Assembly (NCBI GenBank): GCA_032718475.1
Contig: JAUCBJ010007231.1
Coordinates: 36,742 to 100,741, forward strand
Source of the DNA: Nemertoderma westbladi
Taxonomy: Eukaryota; Animalia; Xenacoelomorpha
Length of the DNA: 64,000 nucleotides
Direction of reading: 5' to 3'
The position numbers and the translations under genes are program-made. The notes under the pieces were generated by a model, which made no database searches, was not told where the DNA came from, and saw nothing but the letters and a program-made list of their open reading frames with translations. Shown one piece after another: positions 23,065 through 36,554 of this stretch; position 1 is the stretch's first letter; each line of letters starts with the position of its first letter.

Positions 23065-26000
23065 TCATAACGATCTTATAGATAGAATGAAGGTCTTGGA
23101 ACAGTCGATAACTAAGTTGTAGAGTCCACCACAACCGCCAATTCCGACCCGCCCATTTGGTGATGCCCTTTTAGGGGGTACCGGTAAAGTGGCTTCAGGG
23201 CACGCGCCTGAAGTTCGAATGTGTTCTCCGTCAGTTTCAATTGCTGCCGTGTGTAATGCGAGTGACACTACTGGTGGTGGTACCACTGGTAGAGGAAGAT
23301 CGCGATCGATCCTAACCGCTCAACGACGAGGTAGTTTATCAAATACTGTTTCTCCCCGAAGTTCCCCGGTGTCTTGCAGTGTGCCATCGGTTAATGGCAG
23401 CTTGAAACACCTGCGTATGTCTCCAATTGTTACTAACATAGGAAATGAGGGAGGCATGGAAGTAGGACATGGAGACATGGAAGCAGATGGCTTTAAAGTG
23501 GTATCGTATAAAAAGAATAAGAAGCAAAGTTTCATTGTTGGCTCGGGAGGACCTAGCTCACGTAAAACTCGTGCTGCTCCATTCGATTTATTCATATTCC
23601 GTGTAGATCGTTCAATCACTGAGAGTGACATTGTAGATGACCTCAACGCTGCTAACATAGATGCAAAGGCAACGGACGTGGTTCTTAAGTCGCACTCTGA
23701 CGCAAGGACTAGCAGTTTCAAAGTTTCAGTACATGCACATCTCCACCAAACTATAATGGATCCAGCTTCTGGTATGAGGGGGTTTGTATCAGACAGTGGC
23801 GCTACTACTCTAACAGGGACAGGCAATGGGGCTCGGGTAAACAATCTCATGAGTCTGGTCAGCCTTACAGTAGTGCCCCAGTTGGGCCATGATTATTCTG
23901 ATGTATACTGGTATTATATTAGACTTTTATTATTTCTAGGTGTATATATTTAATGTGATTATTTTTTCAATACTATTTTCTTTTTAATGGCTTCCTCTAA
24001 CTCAACAATAATTCAATCAGTACTGGTACTTTATGGTATGATATCATTTATTGGTATTGGTGGAGGGACATTATTTACATTACTAATAGTAGTCAATTAC
24101 ATATGCCGTACAGCTGATAGTGCTATTATATGTGTTCACTTGTGTATGTATATAGGACAGGGATGGAGAGATAATTATATAGTATCTTGAATATCAAATA
24201 CTTTGTAAACATAATACTTTATCTCTTTTTTTCTTATAATAGTACTGGTTTCGCTACAGATAAAATAGATATAATTAATACATTACTGGTTTCCTCAGAC
24301 ATAGTATGTGTTCAAGAACATTTTATTCTTAAAGATAATTCTTACAAAATTCGTAAAGAATTTATGTCCTAATTTTGAGTGCTTAATTCAACCAGCTGTG
24401 TATGCTAATGATGAAATTCGCGCAGGGAGACCTTCAGGTGGTTTGTGCTTTATCTATAAGCGTCGCCTTAATAGCCAAGTCACTATGATTAAAACAAACT
24501 CATCTCGTTTACAGGCTATTCAATTAATTATTGGTATGGATTCATATTTGATTGTTAACTCCTACTTTCCAGTAGACACCCGTTCTGTAGACACAGTATC
24601 TGATGAATTATTATCTGTATTATGTAAAGTGAATAATTTAATTTCTAACTCAGGGTGTAATAAATTTATTTTGGCTGGTGATCTCAATGCTGATTTTGAT
24701 AGGTTTACAATGCACGTCCACGTTATAATTAATTTTTTCGTTGAAAATAACTTAACACTTGTATGGGATATTAACGATTCAAATGTTTTACATACTTTCA
24801 GTTCCTTTAGAGAGATAACAATGTATATTTTTCGACCATTGATCAATTTATACTTAGTGAAGGTTTATGCAATTGTGTTATTGATGCAGGTGCATATTAT
24901 ACTGGTGCGAATCTTTCTGGGCATTGTCCTATATATGTATAAAAATTTATACGGGGTGTTCTGGAGTAAATTCTGATAATAATAATTGTTCGCACAATAC
25001 AGTTGGCACTGCTCGTAGTATTCATAGATATAAAAATTCCACGAATTGCCAGAAAGAACAGTGCCGAGAATCAGCGACCAGTTGCCGATCGTTTGAGTTG
25101 TTTTTCATTACATTGCGACACCTGTACAGACATTAATTGCACTGATCCGATTCATATTGTTTCAATTGAGCAGAACGCTTTCGACATATTAGATAGTATT
25201 GACGCCGCTGCGTCCTGTCTTGATAGTAATAACACTAGCAATCCAGCCAATGGCAAGTCTTCAAACTATTCTCCACCTCCTGTTCCAGGTTGGATGGAAC
25301 ACGTCAAACCATACAAAGACAATAGTGTATTCTGGCACAGTCTGTGGTGCTCAGCAGGTCGTCCTTCAGCAGCAGTTAATCCTCATTTATTTCATATGAG
25401 ACGAACAACCAGAGCTCAAAATCACTTTGCAATTCGTCGTCTTAGAAAATCGGTTGATACTGTACGACGTGAGAAACTTGTCGAAGCGTGTTTGTCCAAT
25501 AACGAGTCTATTTTTGATGAGATTAGAAAGTTACGTAAAGTTCCTCCATCATCGAGTTCCAATATCGATGGCCATACAGATACACAATCTGCCTCTGAGA
25601 GATTTGCTTCCATATATAATCGGCTTTATAATCAGACAGAAATGCCAGACACCTCTGGAATTACTTCAGATATTAAGGAACGTCTAGACAATTTCGTTTT
25701 GGATGATACCAACACCATTTCAGAAGAGTTGGTTGGTGAGGCGATCTGCTGATCTGCGATAAGCTGAAAAGTTCAAAGTCAGATGTACTTTACAACTTTG
25801 ATTCCGACTGCTTAATTAACGCAGGCCCATTACTACAGACTCATTTAGAGTGTCTATTTAACTCATTTCTTATTCTTGGATTCGTCCCGAGATTTATTCT
25901 CAAATGTACCTTAATTCCACTCGTGAAGGATAAGTTGGATGACGTCACCAGTTCTTCAAATTCTAGGGCTATCGCTCTATCTTCTCTACTCATTATTACG

Positions 26001-26950
26001 TTATTCGAATGGGTTATGATATTGTCCCAGTCAAGTTGTATCAACCTGGATGAGCTTCAGTGTTCAGGTTCAGGTGAATTGGACTAGTTTATTTTCCCAG
26101 TTAAGTAAGAGTGGTTTTTCAGTTTTATTTTTACCCTATTTTGGATTTATAGTCAGCAAACATGCTGTGTGGTCTGAAATAAATGTACTTTGAATTATTT
26201 CAGCATTACAAATGGAGTGAGGCAGGGCGGTGTAGCCTCTCCGATATTATTTTGCATTGTAATTAATTTGTTAATTATTAAACTTCGTAATTCTAAAGTT
26301 GGTTGTAAAATCGGTGAATTTTATTTTGGAGTACTTGTATATGCTGATGATTTATTATTACTGTGCTCGTCCCTTTCCGGTTTACAACACATGATTAATA
26401 TTTGGTGCAAATTTGCACAAGATAATCATCTTGCATTTAGTACGAGTACAAATCCGGATAAATCGAAATGCAAATGTATTCCGTTTGGTTTTTCCTGGTC
26501 TCGCCCAAGAATTACTATGCAACTCAATGGTACGAGTCTTCCTTGGGTGAAAGAGGCTAAACATTTAGGTCATTTTTTAGATTATAAATGCAGTTTTGAT
26601 ACCGATATTAATAAAAAACGTGGTGCTTTTATAGGGAAACTAAATAGTCTAAGACATGAATTCTATTTTGCATCTCGCAATACTTCATGCTTAATATTCA
26701 GCGTATATATGCGACATCTCTGGAATCTAATCTATGGAACCTATTTTCATTCAATTGTAATAGAGTCTATACCACTTGGAACACTAACGTTAGGTTAATA
26801 CTAGGGTTACCATTTAATTCCCACCGATATTTTGTTGAATATTTGGTGCCATTTATTCATCCTAAGTTAATGCTACTTAGTCGGTTTATATCTTTTGTTT
26901 CTTCAATTCGTAACTCACATAAACACTGCCTTCGTTTTCTCTACTACCAG
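23065..26950 (+). mobile_element. Near full-length degenerate LINE (Proto2-like, tentative): ORF1 and frameshifted EN-RT ORF2
   Basis: ORF1 DLFIFRVD..SFKVSV; EN SYNSTG, VCVQEH, GRPSGG, AGDLNAD; PGWMEHVKP..WHSLW; RT GVRQGGVASP, YADD, KHLG. Confidence 0.85.
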
Positions 26951-27125
26951 GATCGATATGCTGCATTGCAGCTGCATTTTTATAAATTCCTAGCCTATTC
27001 AAGGCTGCCCATGCCTTTCCCTTGCGTATTCGAAAGTCCTCACCTGACTTTCGGATCCATGATCCCAGGTAACAGAAGTCATCCACATGCTCAAGCATAC
27101 CATCTTTTGAGCTTATGCTCATCCG
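26950..27125 (-). mobile_element. RTE family A fragment
   Basis: EHVDDFCYLGSWIRKSGEDFRIRKGKAWAALN, matching 15380-15500 and 42320-42445. Confidence 0.85.
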
Positions 27126-27559
27126 ATTCGTTTTCTCAGTGTCCTCTGTCTTTCTGATTGTGCATCCGCCACTAGTGGACTTAATTACGTGATATCTAAT
27201 AGGGATGTTGCGAATGTCATATTTTTAACATCCGCGGATGCAGATGCGGATGCAGATATCTGAGGTGACATCCGCATGGAAGCGGATGCGGATGTCTATT
27301 AAAACATATATATTTTGCCTAGCCTCCCTTTTACATCAAGGTTATAGCAGCATTTTAATATTATATTCTAATCTTATATTAATAAACTAAAAGAGTCTAA
27401 GGTTATAGAACAGAATGGGACATAATATAACAAAATAATACAACATACACTTTTTATATTCTTCCCGTCGAGTGTTAGTGTATAGTGTACAACAATGTAC
27501 GTGTACACCCACTGGTACACACAAAATCGAACTTCTAAGGTTGCTCCTCTTACAGAAAC

Positions 27560-28215
27560 TGTCTAAATGTTTGCATCGTGTCTGTCTGTCTTTTTGTCTG
27601 TCTGTTTGTCGGTCAAAAAATAAACAACATCATTTAACCTTACTAAAATATGCCTATAGGGGATTTCCAGGTCGGCGAACTCATTTCCGATGTCAGTTTT
27701 TACTTTTGACAGCATCGTGACTGTCTGTTTCTTTGTATGTCTGTCAAGTCAGTCTGTGAATGTCTGTATGTATGTCGGTCAAACAATCAACAAAATCATA
27801 TAACCTCACCAAAATATGTCTGTGGGGGGCGAACTCATTTCCGATGTCAGTTTTTACTTTTGACAGCATCTTGATTGTCTGTTTCTATGTATGTCTTTGT
27901 GTCCGACAGACAGATAGATAGACAAACTTACAGACAAAGAATCTGTCAAACCTAATAATTGACGCAATACATTAATTAACTGATCATGGAAACTCTCATA
28001 GCTGTAATTATGTTGATGTTTTTGAATACACATTCAGAAATATCCAAACATCAGATGTTTGAAAAATCCCTCCCATTACTGAAATTGGCGGGAAGGTTTA
28101 AAAACTTTAAATCGAATTTTCTCTGAATTTTGCTATGAAATTATCTCCAACCTTGTCTTACGAAATCGATAATAACTCAAAAATGAAAAGAGATATTAAC
28201 AGATGGTTTTCAATC
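27560..28215 (-). mobile_element. Kolobok-family non-autonomous fragment nested in the hAT
   Basis: gaaattggcgggaaggtttaaa..ctttaaa is the reverse complement of 47532-47560; ccgatgtcagtttt and (tgtc)n repeats as in 47670-48200. Confidence 0.55.
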
Positions 28216-28379
28216 GGGTCACATATTATTCACAATTATACATAAATTATATTATGTTAACCTAGTGAGTGACAGTGTGTATCCACATCCAGCCTTAGAC
28301 GAGCAGCCCATCCATCTAACAAAGACAGTCTATACATGTTCTGTCGACCTACAAAAGTGTCTGTCTGTCTAATCACAGT

Positions 28380-30294
28380 CTAATATTGAAACTTTAGCAT
28401 GCAGCAGTTATATTTAAGCATCAGCAGCTTCTCTGCTTTCTCACCACTTAGACGATTGCGCAGTGGTGTATAGATTATTCCTGCAACACTAAATAACTGC
28501 TCTGATGGCACACTCGTTGGTGGTGGAGCCAAATATATCTTTGCAAGTCGAGTGAGATGCGGAAAACGGAACTTATTGGTATTCCACCACTGCAACGGAT
28601 TGCCATCAAGGCTCAGCCGCTTTTCTCAGCGATATGTCTCTACTTCCACCAGCGTTCTCCTTTCTCTGCCTTCTCCGAATCCCATGAATATCTCATCATC
28701 ATCCTCGTCATCATCATGACTCTCATTGAGCTGAGCGAGGCTTGTCATCAAGTCATTGCAATCATTCGAGATCCCACAACGCTTTGAAGGAGACCCACTC
28801 GAACTGGATGCCAATTCTTCCGCGGAATCTGACCTAGTGTTTACAACTATCAAATCTTTAACTATACTACGAACCTGTTGCTTCCTGAGATCAGTCGAGA
28901 TATACTTCTCCTTATAGCGTGGGTCATGAAATTAAGCGATGCAGATCTCGTCACTATCTTCTAATGAACCGAAATGACGATCAAAGTCAGTCTTCATCTT
29001 TTGTCTCATGGAGTTAATGCCATGATAGTCTTGTAGAACACCACGATCATCAAGCGTTCTTCTCAGTGACTTTGAGAGAGCAAGGACGTCACCATAGCAG
29101 TAGCATTCGAGCCACTCAGCTTAACAGTCATTTCCTTGAAGCCTTTGAGTGTTGCCAACAATCTAGGAATCAGTTTAAAATCAGCAGTTTGCAGGTTGAA
29201 CTTTGTTGTTTCATATCAACACAGAGCCTTCTCTAGCCGAAGCTGGCGCTCAAGCATATCATACGTAGTGTTCCAGCGGGTGGTCACATCTTGGATTGGC
29301 AGAACAATGTTATGTTCCTCCTCTCCTTCCTCGCCTCACGGATCAAATCCTCTTGGATGCATTTCAGCTCCTGCTGAGCAACATTGGAATGCTTGAAATG
29401 GCTGGCAATTGATCTTGCACGAGCAATGCAATCAATAACTGTCCGCTGTTCGCTATTGCCTCTGACACAATGAGATACAGCTGATGCGCACTACAGTATA
29501 GACTTTGAATTCACCCTTGAAAGCGCACTTCATATTTGCACCCGCATCACAAATTATGACATGAACGTTTTCCTTGGGGATGTGCCACTTTGCCAGCATT
29601 TCCTTGTATGTTGCATTGATGTAACTACCAGTATGGCGTTCTTCGAGCTCCTGTGCACACAAAACCAGTTTCTTGCATTCGAATTCATTGGTCAAGCAAT
29701 GACCAGTCAAGCTCATCAGAGAAACTGCCGCATTCTTGTTTGTCCAAATATCAGTGGTGAAAGATGTTTTTTCATAGTCTATCAGCATCGCACGAATTTT
29801 CGTTGAAATGTCATTGTACAAACCGTCAATTTTGTCCGAGTAGAAGCCACGTTTCTTTAGAGGATAATTAGGAAGTGCCTCAGTAAATAGCCGCATAAAA
29901 CCAATATCTTCAACATAGCTGAATGGTTGGTCATCAAGAAATATGTATTCGCTAATAAGGCAATCATACTTCATACCCAAAGAATTTTTTCTCTCTTCCT
30001 CAATGTCTGCTGAATTATCAGCTGTTGCTTACAATCTGCCTTTGCAGCGAGTACGTCAGAAGTCGGTTTAGCATCAGCCAGTCTCTTTTCCTTGTCAGCA
30101 GTTCGAACAGGTTGAATTTCCTGAAACTCCTTGAATTGGTTGGTATGCATAGATTGCAGATGATTTCGTAGGGTGGTTGTACAGCGACCTTTATTCGAAA
30201 TTGTCTTGGGACAAGTATTGCACTGCACACGGTCAGCAACACAGTTGATTTCCTTGAAGAACTCCCATAGTACGCTTTCCTTCTTCGATTTCAT
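28380..30294 (-). pseudogene. hAT transposase (BED finger, DDE core, dimerisation domain), disrupted
   Basis: VLWEFF..CNTC..LRNHLQSMH; FTTDIWT; CDAGANM; DVTTRWNTTY; PPTSVPSEQLFSVAG..RNRL. Confidence 0.93.
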
Positions 30295-31649
30295 TTTAAA
30301 TGAAATATTAATTTATAATAAGCAGCTAAGTAGTAAGTATAAGAAAATAAGAACAATCTGCAGACAGAAAGGCTATTTTCAATTTCGCGCAGGCAAACAG
30401 GAGTTGGCCAAACCCATAGGTCAACCACTAGCACTAACACTGCAGTTTTAGGACAAATCAATACCAGTACAGTTTTTTTTACTTTCACTTCGACTACTTT
30501 CAATATCAAAATAGGCCTAGCAATTTTTATAGCCGTAGGGTAGGCCTATACCCCTACCGATACCATAAATAAACACTGGCAGACTGGTAAAACTAAATGT
30601 ACAAATAAGGTGAGGGTAACAGTTGCCGCTGCAGGCAGCAAGGCTCGAGACAGGTAGCTGCAGACCCAGTCTGCCAGTAGGTAGCATAGCGCACACAGCA
30701 GCAGCAGCAGCAGCAGCAGCTGTGTACGTTATGTACCCTACATCAGTACAGTAGGCTACTGTCAGACTGTACTGGACCTACAGCTTACGCAGTACAGTAG
30801 TGCATTGCAACATTGTACCGATTCATGGGCATAGGCTGCCCAGCATTGCGTCGTAGGTCATGTGAGTGGTCAGTGGGTCCTGGCCTGCGTCATGAGGTCT
30901 TGGGACATTAGGTCCTGGCATATTACAATACAGTAGTTTATTTTGCATCTGGCCAATTTGATATAAGAAATAAGTAGTAAGAAATAATTTTGATATTTTA
31001 TACTTTGATAATTTCAAGATAAAATAAAAAAATTTCATAAGGGAAAAAGTAATTTTATTATTGAAAATTTAATTGAGTTGTTGCATGGCCTTCAGAGAGG
31101 ATGCTAGAATAGTGCATGTAACATCCGCATGTCACATCCGCATGCCATGGGTGTGGATGCGGATTCGAATGCGGATGCGAAAAATCATGCGGATATCTGC
31201 GGATGCGGATGCGAATGCGGACATTCGCCACATCCCTAATATCTAAGTCCTTGAAGCAAAGTATAGCTAATAATACCTGATTTTTTGAGTCTAACAGTGC
31301 TGCCCTGGGTTCCAAAAGGACCTTATAACTCGAAAACTACTAAACAATATGATAATGCTCTCCATCGTGAAAAATATCAACCGACCCTGTTGGGTGTCGA
31401 ATGTTCTATAACATAATATATAACGACTATTATAAATAATTTTAAATGAATGATATATCTATGTTATGTATTTTAATTTCATTTTTATTATTATTATTCA
31501 GATTAGCCTTTATCCCAATAAGGGTCATGGCAATACATACGTAGACCTACGTAATGAACAGTAATTATACCTACAGTATATATGTTTAAGAGTTTTACTT
31601 ATTTTTACTAATTAATTAATTAGTTATTTATACTTAATTTCTTTAAACT

Positions 31650-31660
31650 CTATAAATAAA
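31650..31660 (+). promoter_or_regulatory. Possible TATA box of the host gene
   Basis: ctataaataaa about 60 bp upstream of ATG 31711; the background is AT-rich, so support is weak. Confidence 0.3.
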
Positions 31661-31710
31661 AGATACACTGCCTCTTTAAATATAATAATAAACTGACAAT
31701 AACTAAATAT

Positions 31711-31996
31711 ATGAAAGCAATTATGGTTGGGATTACCATCTTGATTTTGTACAATGTGGTAAGTTTATCATATGGTGGGCACTACATGAATACTTTCTGC
31801 ACTAACCAGACCCCATCTGGAGTTTCTACCAAAGCCACATCTTCCATGGACTGCAGCATTGATTGCGAGCGGAATAGCCAATGCTGGTCTTTCATCTTCA
31901 CTGATAGATGCGAAATATATGAAGAGGATTGTCTGGCAGATATGGAGAACTGGGATGTTGAAACTCTGGGGAAACGATGGATAAGCAAGAAAAAAG
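31711..31996 (+). CDS. Host gene exon 1: signal peptide and PAN/apple-like module
   Basis: Hydrophobic N-terminus MKAIMVGITILILYNVVSLSYG; C..CSIDC.....CWSFIF...C spacing; GT donor at 31997, phase 1. Confidence 0.8.
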
Positions 31997-32498
31997 GTTA
32001 AATTATATATTTATTCTGTAATATAAAATATTAGGATATATTGGTATCGTAACTTTTATATTAGAATAATATAGTAAATAAATTAAATTTAAATTCTAAA
32101 ATAATTGAATATATAAAATAACTTGTTAACAATAAACCGGTCGCACGATTTATATCGAATGGAATACAGTTGGTAGAGTCTATACATTATTCAATTTTGG
32201 CCACTCTCAGCCCTGATTCGTCCCCAAAGCTAAGACCCCTCCATGAACTCCTTCCACTACACATGAGGATCAGCTGGGGGTGGTGTTCGGCCCCCAGCTG
32301 CTATGCCATGCCTGTGGCGAACCAATTTTTCAAACTTTAATGATTCCCATATGCCCATGGCAAACCACTTATACTTGTTTTTTCAAACTTTGCTTCTATG
32401 CACTATGCCCATGATTAAGATTTGTTATTTAACATAATTGTAGCATTTAAAGATATAGGGAAAGGCAGACTCCCGCAAACAAAAGGTAAAAAGAGCAG

Positions 32499-32539
32499 TT
32501 ACAAGCTTTCTGCCTCTAATAGAGACCTTCTTCATGTAA
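32499..32539 (-). ncRNA. Mutated minimal hammerhead (C3 to A)
   Basis: ttac-ATGAAGA-aggtctctattagaggca-GAAA-gctt-gtaa. Confidence 0.6.
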
Positions 32540-32759
32540 GTATATTACGATATTACAGCAGTAGCACGATGGCAGACTAATTAGAGCCAATTATTTTGAA
32601 TAAACCGCCAAAATGAGGTACTAAAGATTATACAAATTCAGCAACTAATAAAGAGCACAAAGTAAGGTGTAGGACAAAAAAATAACCATTAAATATAATT
32701 ACAGGCCTTCAAGCAGGTAAGATAGTAAACCCATCATGTTAGATGTAGCACCAAAAATT

Positions 32760-33060
32760 TTATATTGAATATAAATCTCAAATAATAGACATAGATTAAT
32801 TACAGACGTACAGTAGACAATTACATCCGACACACAGGCAAATGAACGGACAATTAAGTCGACACCGACTCACAAGCAAACATGTTAGTTAAACATTAAA
32901 TAAAATCTAGAATCTAATATTTAATATAAATCTCAAATATTAGACATAAGATTAATTACAGATGTACAGAAGACAATTACATCCGACACACAGACAAATA
33001 AACGGACAATTAAATCGACACAAACCCACAACAGAGCATGTTAGTAAAACATTGAATATG
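32760..33060. repeat. Two tandem ~155-bp copies between the PLE arms
   Basis: aatataaatctcaaata..ttaattacaga.gtacag.agacaattacatccgacacacag duplicated. Confidence 0.75.
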
Positions 33061-33137
33061 AATATGGAAATTGAAAAAAACCTGGAAATGAAAAATAATT
33101 TTTGTCCTACACCGTACTTTATGTTCTTTATTAATTA

Positions 33138-34075
33138 TAATAATAATAATATATTTCTATCACGCCTATACGCATTGTTCTAGGCCCACACCACTCAATA
33201 AATAAAAGGCCTGACAATAAAACGTACATATAAAACGAAATATAGTTTATGATCTATATACACAATAAAAAGATCACCTTTTTATTGTCTGTATAAAAAT
33301 TTATAAAAACGTTAGAGTTCGTATTCATCTTTAAAATAGTGGGTCTTTAATTTGCTCTTAAACGATGCTAGAGACGGTGCTGATCGAACTTCGTTTGGCA
33401 GTGCATTCCATACCAACGGGGCAGACACAGAAAAAGCCCACTTTCCTTAATTATCTAGTCCATATCGTTGGACATTCAAGTAACCGGCGGTGCATTGTAA
33501 AACGCCTGAGGGAGAATACATTGATACGAGTTTAGTAGGATACGCTGGGGCCATGTTGTGGAGACACTTGTACGTGTATACAGCAATCTTATAATCAATC
33601 CTGTGTTAAATTGGCAACCAATGCAGTTGTTTAAGGAATGGAGTAATATGTAGGCGGTCACTCTTCTTAACATTACACAATAATCGGGCAGCAGAATTCG
33701 GAACTTATTGCAATCGAGATAAAAGTTTCTTTGGTAAACCGTAATAGAGGGCGTTATTGTTATCAAGCTTATTGGTAATAAATGCGTGAATAATGGTATG
33801 TAGATCTGCAGTTGAGAAATATCGTTTGAATTTATCAATATTACGAAGATGATAAAAAGACTCAAGGACCAGGCTATTAATGTGCTTCTCAAGTGATAAA
33901 TGAGAGTCAAGAAGTACTCCAATGTCCCTGCCCGAAGTACTGCAACCAACTTTATCGCTACCAATACAAATAGTGGGGTTATGTACCTGGGTGCTGAAAC
34001 GCGATTGAAGCAACAGCATCTCGGTTTTATCGGAATTCATCATTAGGGAATGACGATTGGATCATGGGGACTGGT
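33138..34075 (-). mobile_element. L2-like LINE 3' fragment
   Basis: NSDKTEMLL, RDIGVLLDSHLS, HAFITNKLDNNNALYYGLP; (tat)n tail near 33138-33152. Confidence 0.85.
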
Positions 34076-34632
34076 GGAGGATAAGTGCTGACTGTATCCA
34101 AGAGTCAGCCTTCAATCGAACATAATGCTGACTGCATCCGGCAGTCAGCTAAAGCAAAGAAAAAAAACGGTCTGCTGTCAGACAATACTAAATATAATAA
34201 TAATCTGCATGTCTCAAATCATAAGTCATCAGCACTGTATAAACATTACATTCATTATGTATCATTCTCATTTCATTTATTCGGCGTAATTTATTCAATA
34301 CTAACGTTTGTGGTCTCTGCTGCTTTTCCATCACGGGTCAATTAATTAAAATTCTAGTGAGAGTTTGGCCTTATGGTGTGTTAGATTACGGTTAGTGGGT
34401 TCATTTTCATTTATTCTTTTTCACTTACTCCTTCTGTTTCTTTGTTGGTAGCCCATGATTTCATCTTCTGAGCCATCCAACGCTCCAGCCCACCCGGAAT
34501 GTGGAATTTGTTACGCGGCAGTGGGCCCCTCTGGGCCCGCATTTAAGTGTGAAATCTGTTTGAACCATTTTATGTGGAATGCGGTACTTTCTTACCTTAT
34601 AAGGAGTTTCTTGATTTAAAGAATAATTCACT

Positions 34633-35900
34633 TTATAAAAGTTTTTGATGTATTTGCTGTTCCTGAGTACTATTTCCATATAGTGATGTGCCTGACTCAT
34701 AAATAAAAGTATAATAATAAAGTAAAGTATAATAATATAAATCTACTGTAATAACTTTATTACAAACATTTCTGAGATTCTGAACATCAATATTATCATT
34801 ACTGAGTTCGTGAACATTAACATAAACATGAACATTAACATTACTGGGTACATGAACGTCAACCTTACCATTACTGAGTTCATGAACGTCACCATTACCA
34901 TTACTGAGTTCTTGACTGTCAACAATACTGTTGCTGAGTTTGTGAACGTCATTACCATTACTGAGTTTATGCGCATCAACATTACCATTACTGAGATCAG
35001 GAGGATTTACGAGGATTAGCAAGTAAATGTGACGCATTAAATATACCATATGCGATATTAACATGCTCAACCACAATGACAGACCTCGAATCTTTACGAT
35101 GTTGCTCCTCAACTCGTTTTGCCTGTAATTCCCGGCGCTTAACCCTCAGTTTGTACTCTTGCCCACGCTCATATTTCAACATATCTTTATCATAAGCATA
35201 CTTACAGCCATCAAACGTAAAGGACCGATGTTCTAGAACCGATACAGCCTGCTCCTTAGAGGAGAAAGTAAGTATGACTGGGCGCGCACATCCGTCAGTT
35301 CTAGGTTTACCAATTCGGTGGACTGACCTGTAAGGTGAGCCATCAAGAGCTTCCTCTAAGAATTTACCATCCTTTTGACATTGGTGTTCGTAATTACTAC
35401 CTGCCAGGTCACCAGGAATCTTATATATTATTACATTTGTCTTCCAAGATTCAGATTGTTTAATAAGAAATTTGACTCGCTCAGCATTAATCTCACCACC
35501 TTTGGTATGAATCTGTGATTTTGATTTGGCAACTTTTTCTTCAATAGGCTTCAGACCTTCGGCATTCTTAGCTCCCATTTGAGCCCAAGAAGTTTTTTCG
35601 ACTATTGTGAGGCCTTCAACAATCTCTGTTAGTGTATCTATTTTATTTAATGCCTCGACATTCAATGGTTCCGCGTTTTCCACTCACCCCATGATTTTAT
35701 CACTGGCCACATCAATTTCGAGTCAACGGATGCTGAAAATTTGTCGAGTTTCTCATTAAGTGTTTTCATCTGCGTTAGTTAGAGATGTTGTGATCTTGCC
35801 CTCTATTGCATGAAATTTATTAGTAACATCAGCTCTGAGTGAGGAAATCTCAGACAGTGATTTCTTCGATGCCAGAGCCAAGCACAAATAAAGTCAATCT
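34633..35900 (-). pseudogene. LINE ORF1-like protein (L1/CR1-type RRM) with frameshift
   Basis: NVIIYKIP, VHRIGKP....ARPVILTF, DMLKYER motifs in ORF 34997-35683. Confidence 0.7.
34780..35000. repeat. 30-bp minisatellite (HELSNGNGDV-like on -)
   Basis: Unit ccattactgagttcatgaacgtcaccatta, about 7 diverged copies. Confidence 0.8.
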
Positions 35901-36513
35901 GCCCAAAGTCAGTCCCTTCAGGGACTATACAGATCATATAACGATTACAGGAAGAGCTACTGCAACCAGCCTCAATTTCCATTAAACCATTGTCCCGCGT
36001 TTTGTCATAATAACTGTTCCTAGTACTGTTGGAAGATCCAATCGAACCGGCACCCCTTGTTGTTCTAGTGATACGTGATAGTTCCGGTGATAACCGACTC
36101 GAATGTCACTTAGAGTCCATCGTAGAGGTCCATCTTATTGCGGTCGTTATCAGTACGTTGCATTCCCAATAAGGATGTTCTTCCGGTACCAAAAAACATC
36201 AACCACTAGAAGTGTATAGTTATTGAATGATGTAATGTAAATGGCTTTGTTCAGTTGTTATTGTTATTGAACACAGTACACTTTAGTCGGTGAGTTAAGA
36301 TGTAGGTGTATACTAGAAATTGTGCGAATAATTTATAATCGAATATAGGGGCTCAGATATCAGGATATCTCAGTAAGTTACAGTACCAGTTACAGTTCAT
36401 GAATTTGTATAAATCTTTAGTACCTCATTTTGGTGCTTTATTCAAAATAAGTGGCTCTAATTAGTCTGCCCTGAATGTCCTGCTACTGCTGTAACATCGT
36501 AATTTTTTTTTTC

Positions 36514-36554
36514 TTACCTGAAGAAGGCCTCTATTAGAGGCAGAAAGCTTGTAA
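36514..36554 (+). ncRNA. Minimal type I hammerhead ribozyme (PLE type, palindromic stem III)
   Basis: ttac-CTGAAGA-ag-gcctct-att-agaggc-a-GAAA-gc-TT-gtaa: stem I ttac/gtaa, stem II gcctct/agaggc, AAGCTT palindrome. Confidence 0.75.

Larger units (their letters stand above)
27200..31238 (-). mobile_element. Complete hAT (Ac-like) transposon with frameshifted transposase
   Basis: TIR tagggatg(t)(t/g)gcgaatgtc; perfect 8-bp TSD atatctaa at 27192-27199 and 31239-31246; (gcggat)n subterminal repeats. Confidence 0.96.

Noticed and set aside
33138-36399. Cargo captured between the PLE inverted repeats
   Set aside because: The right pLTR starts before 33137 and resumes at ~36400, so this block is later nested LINE sequence.
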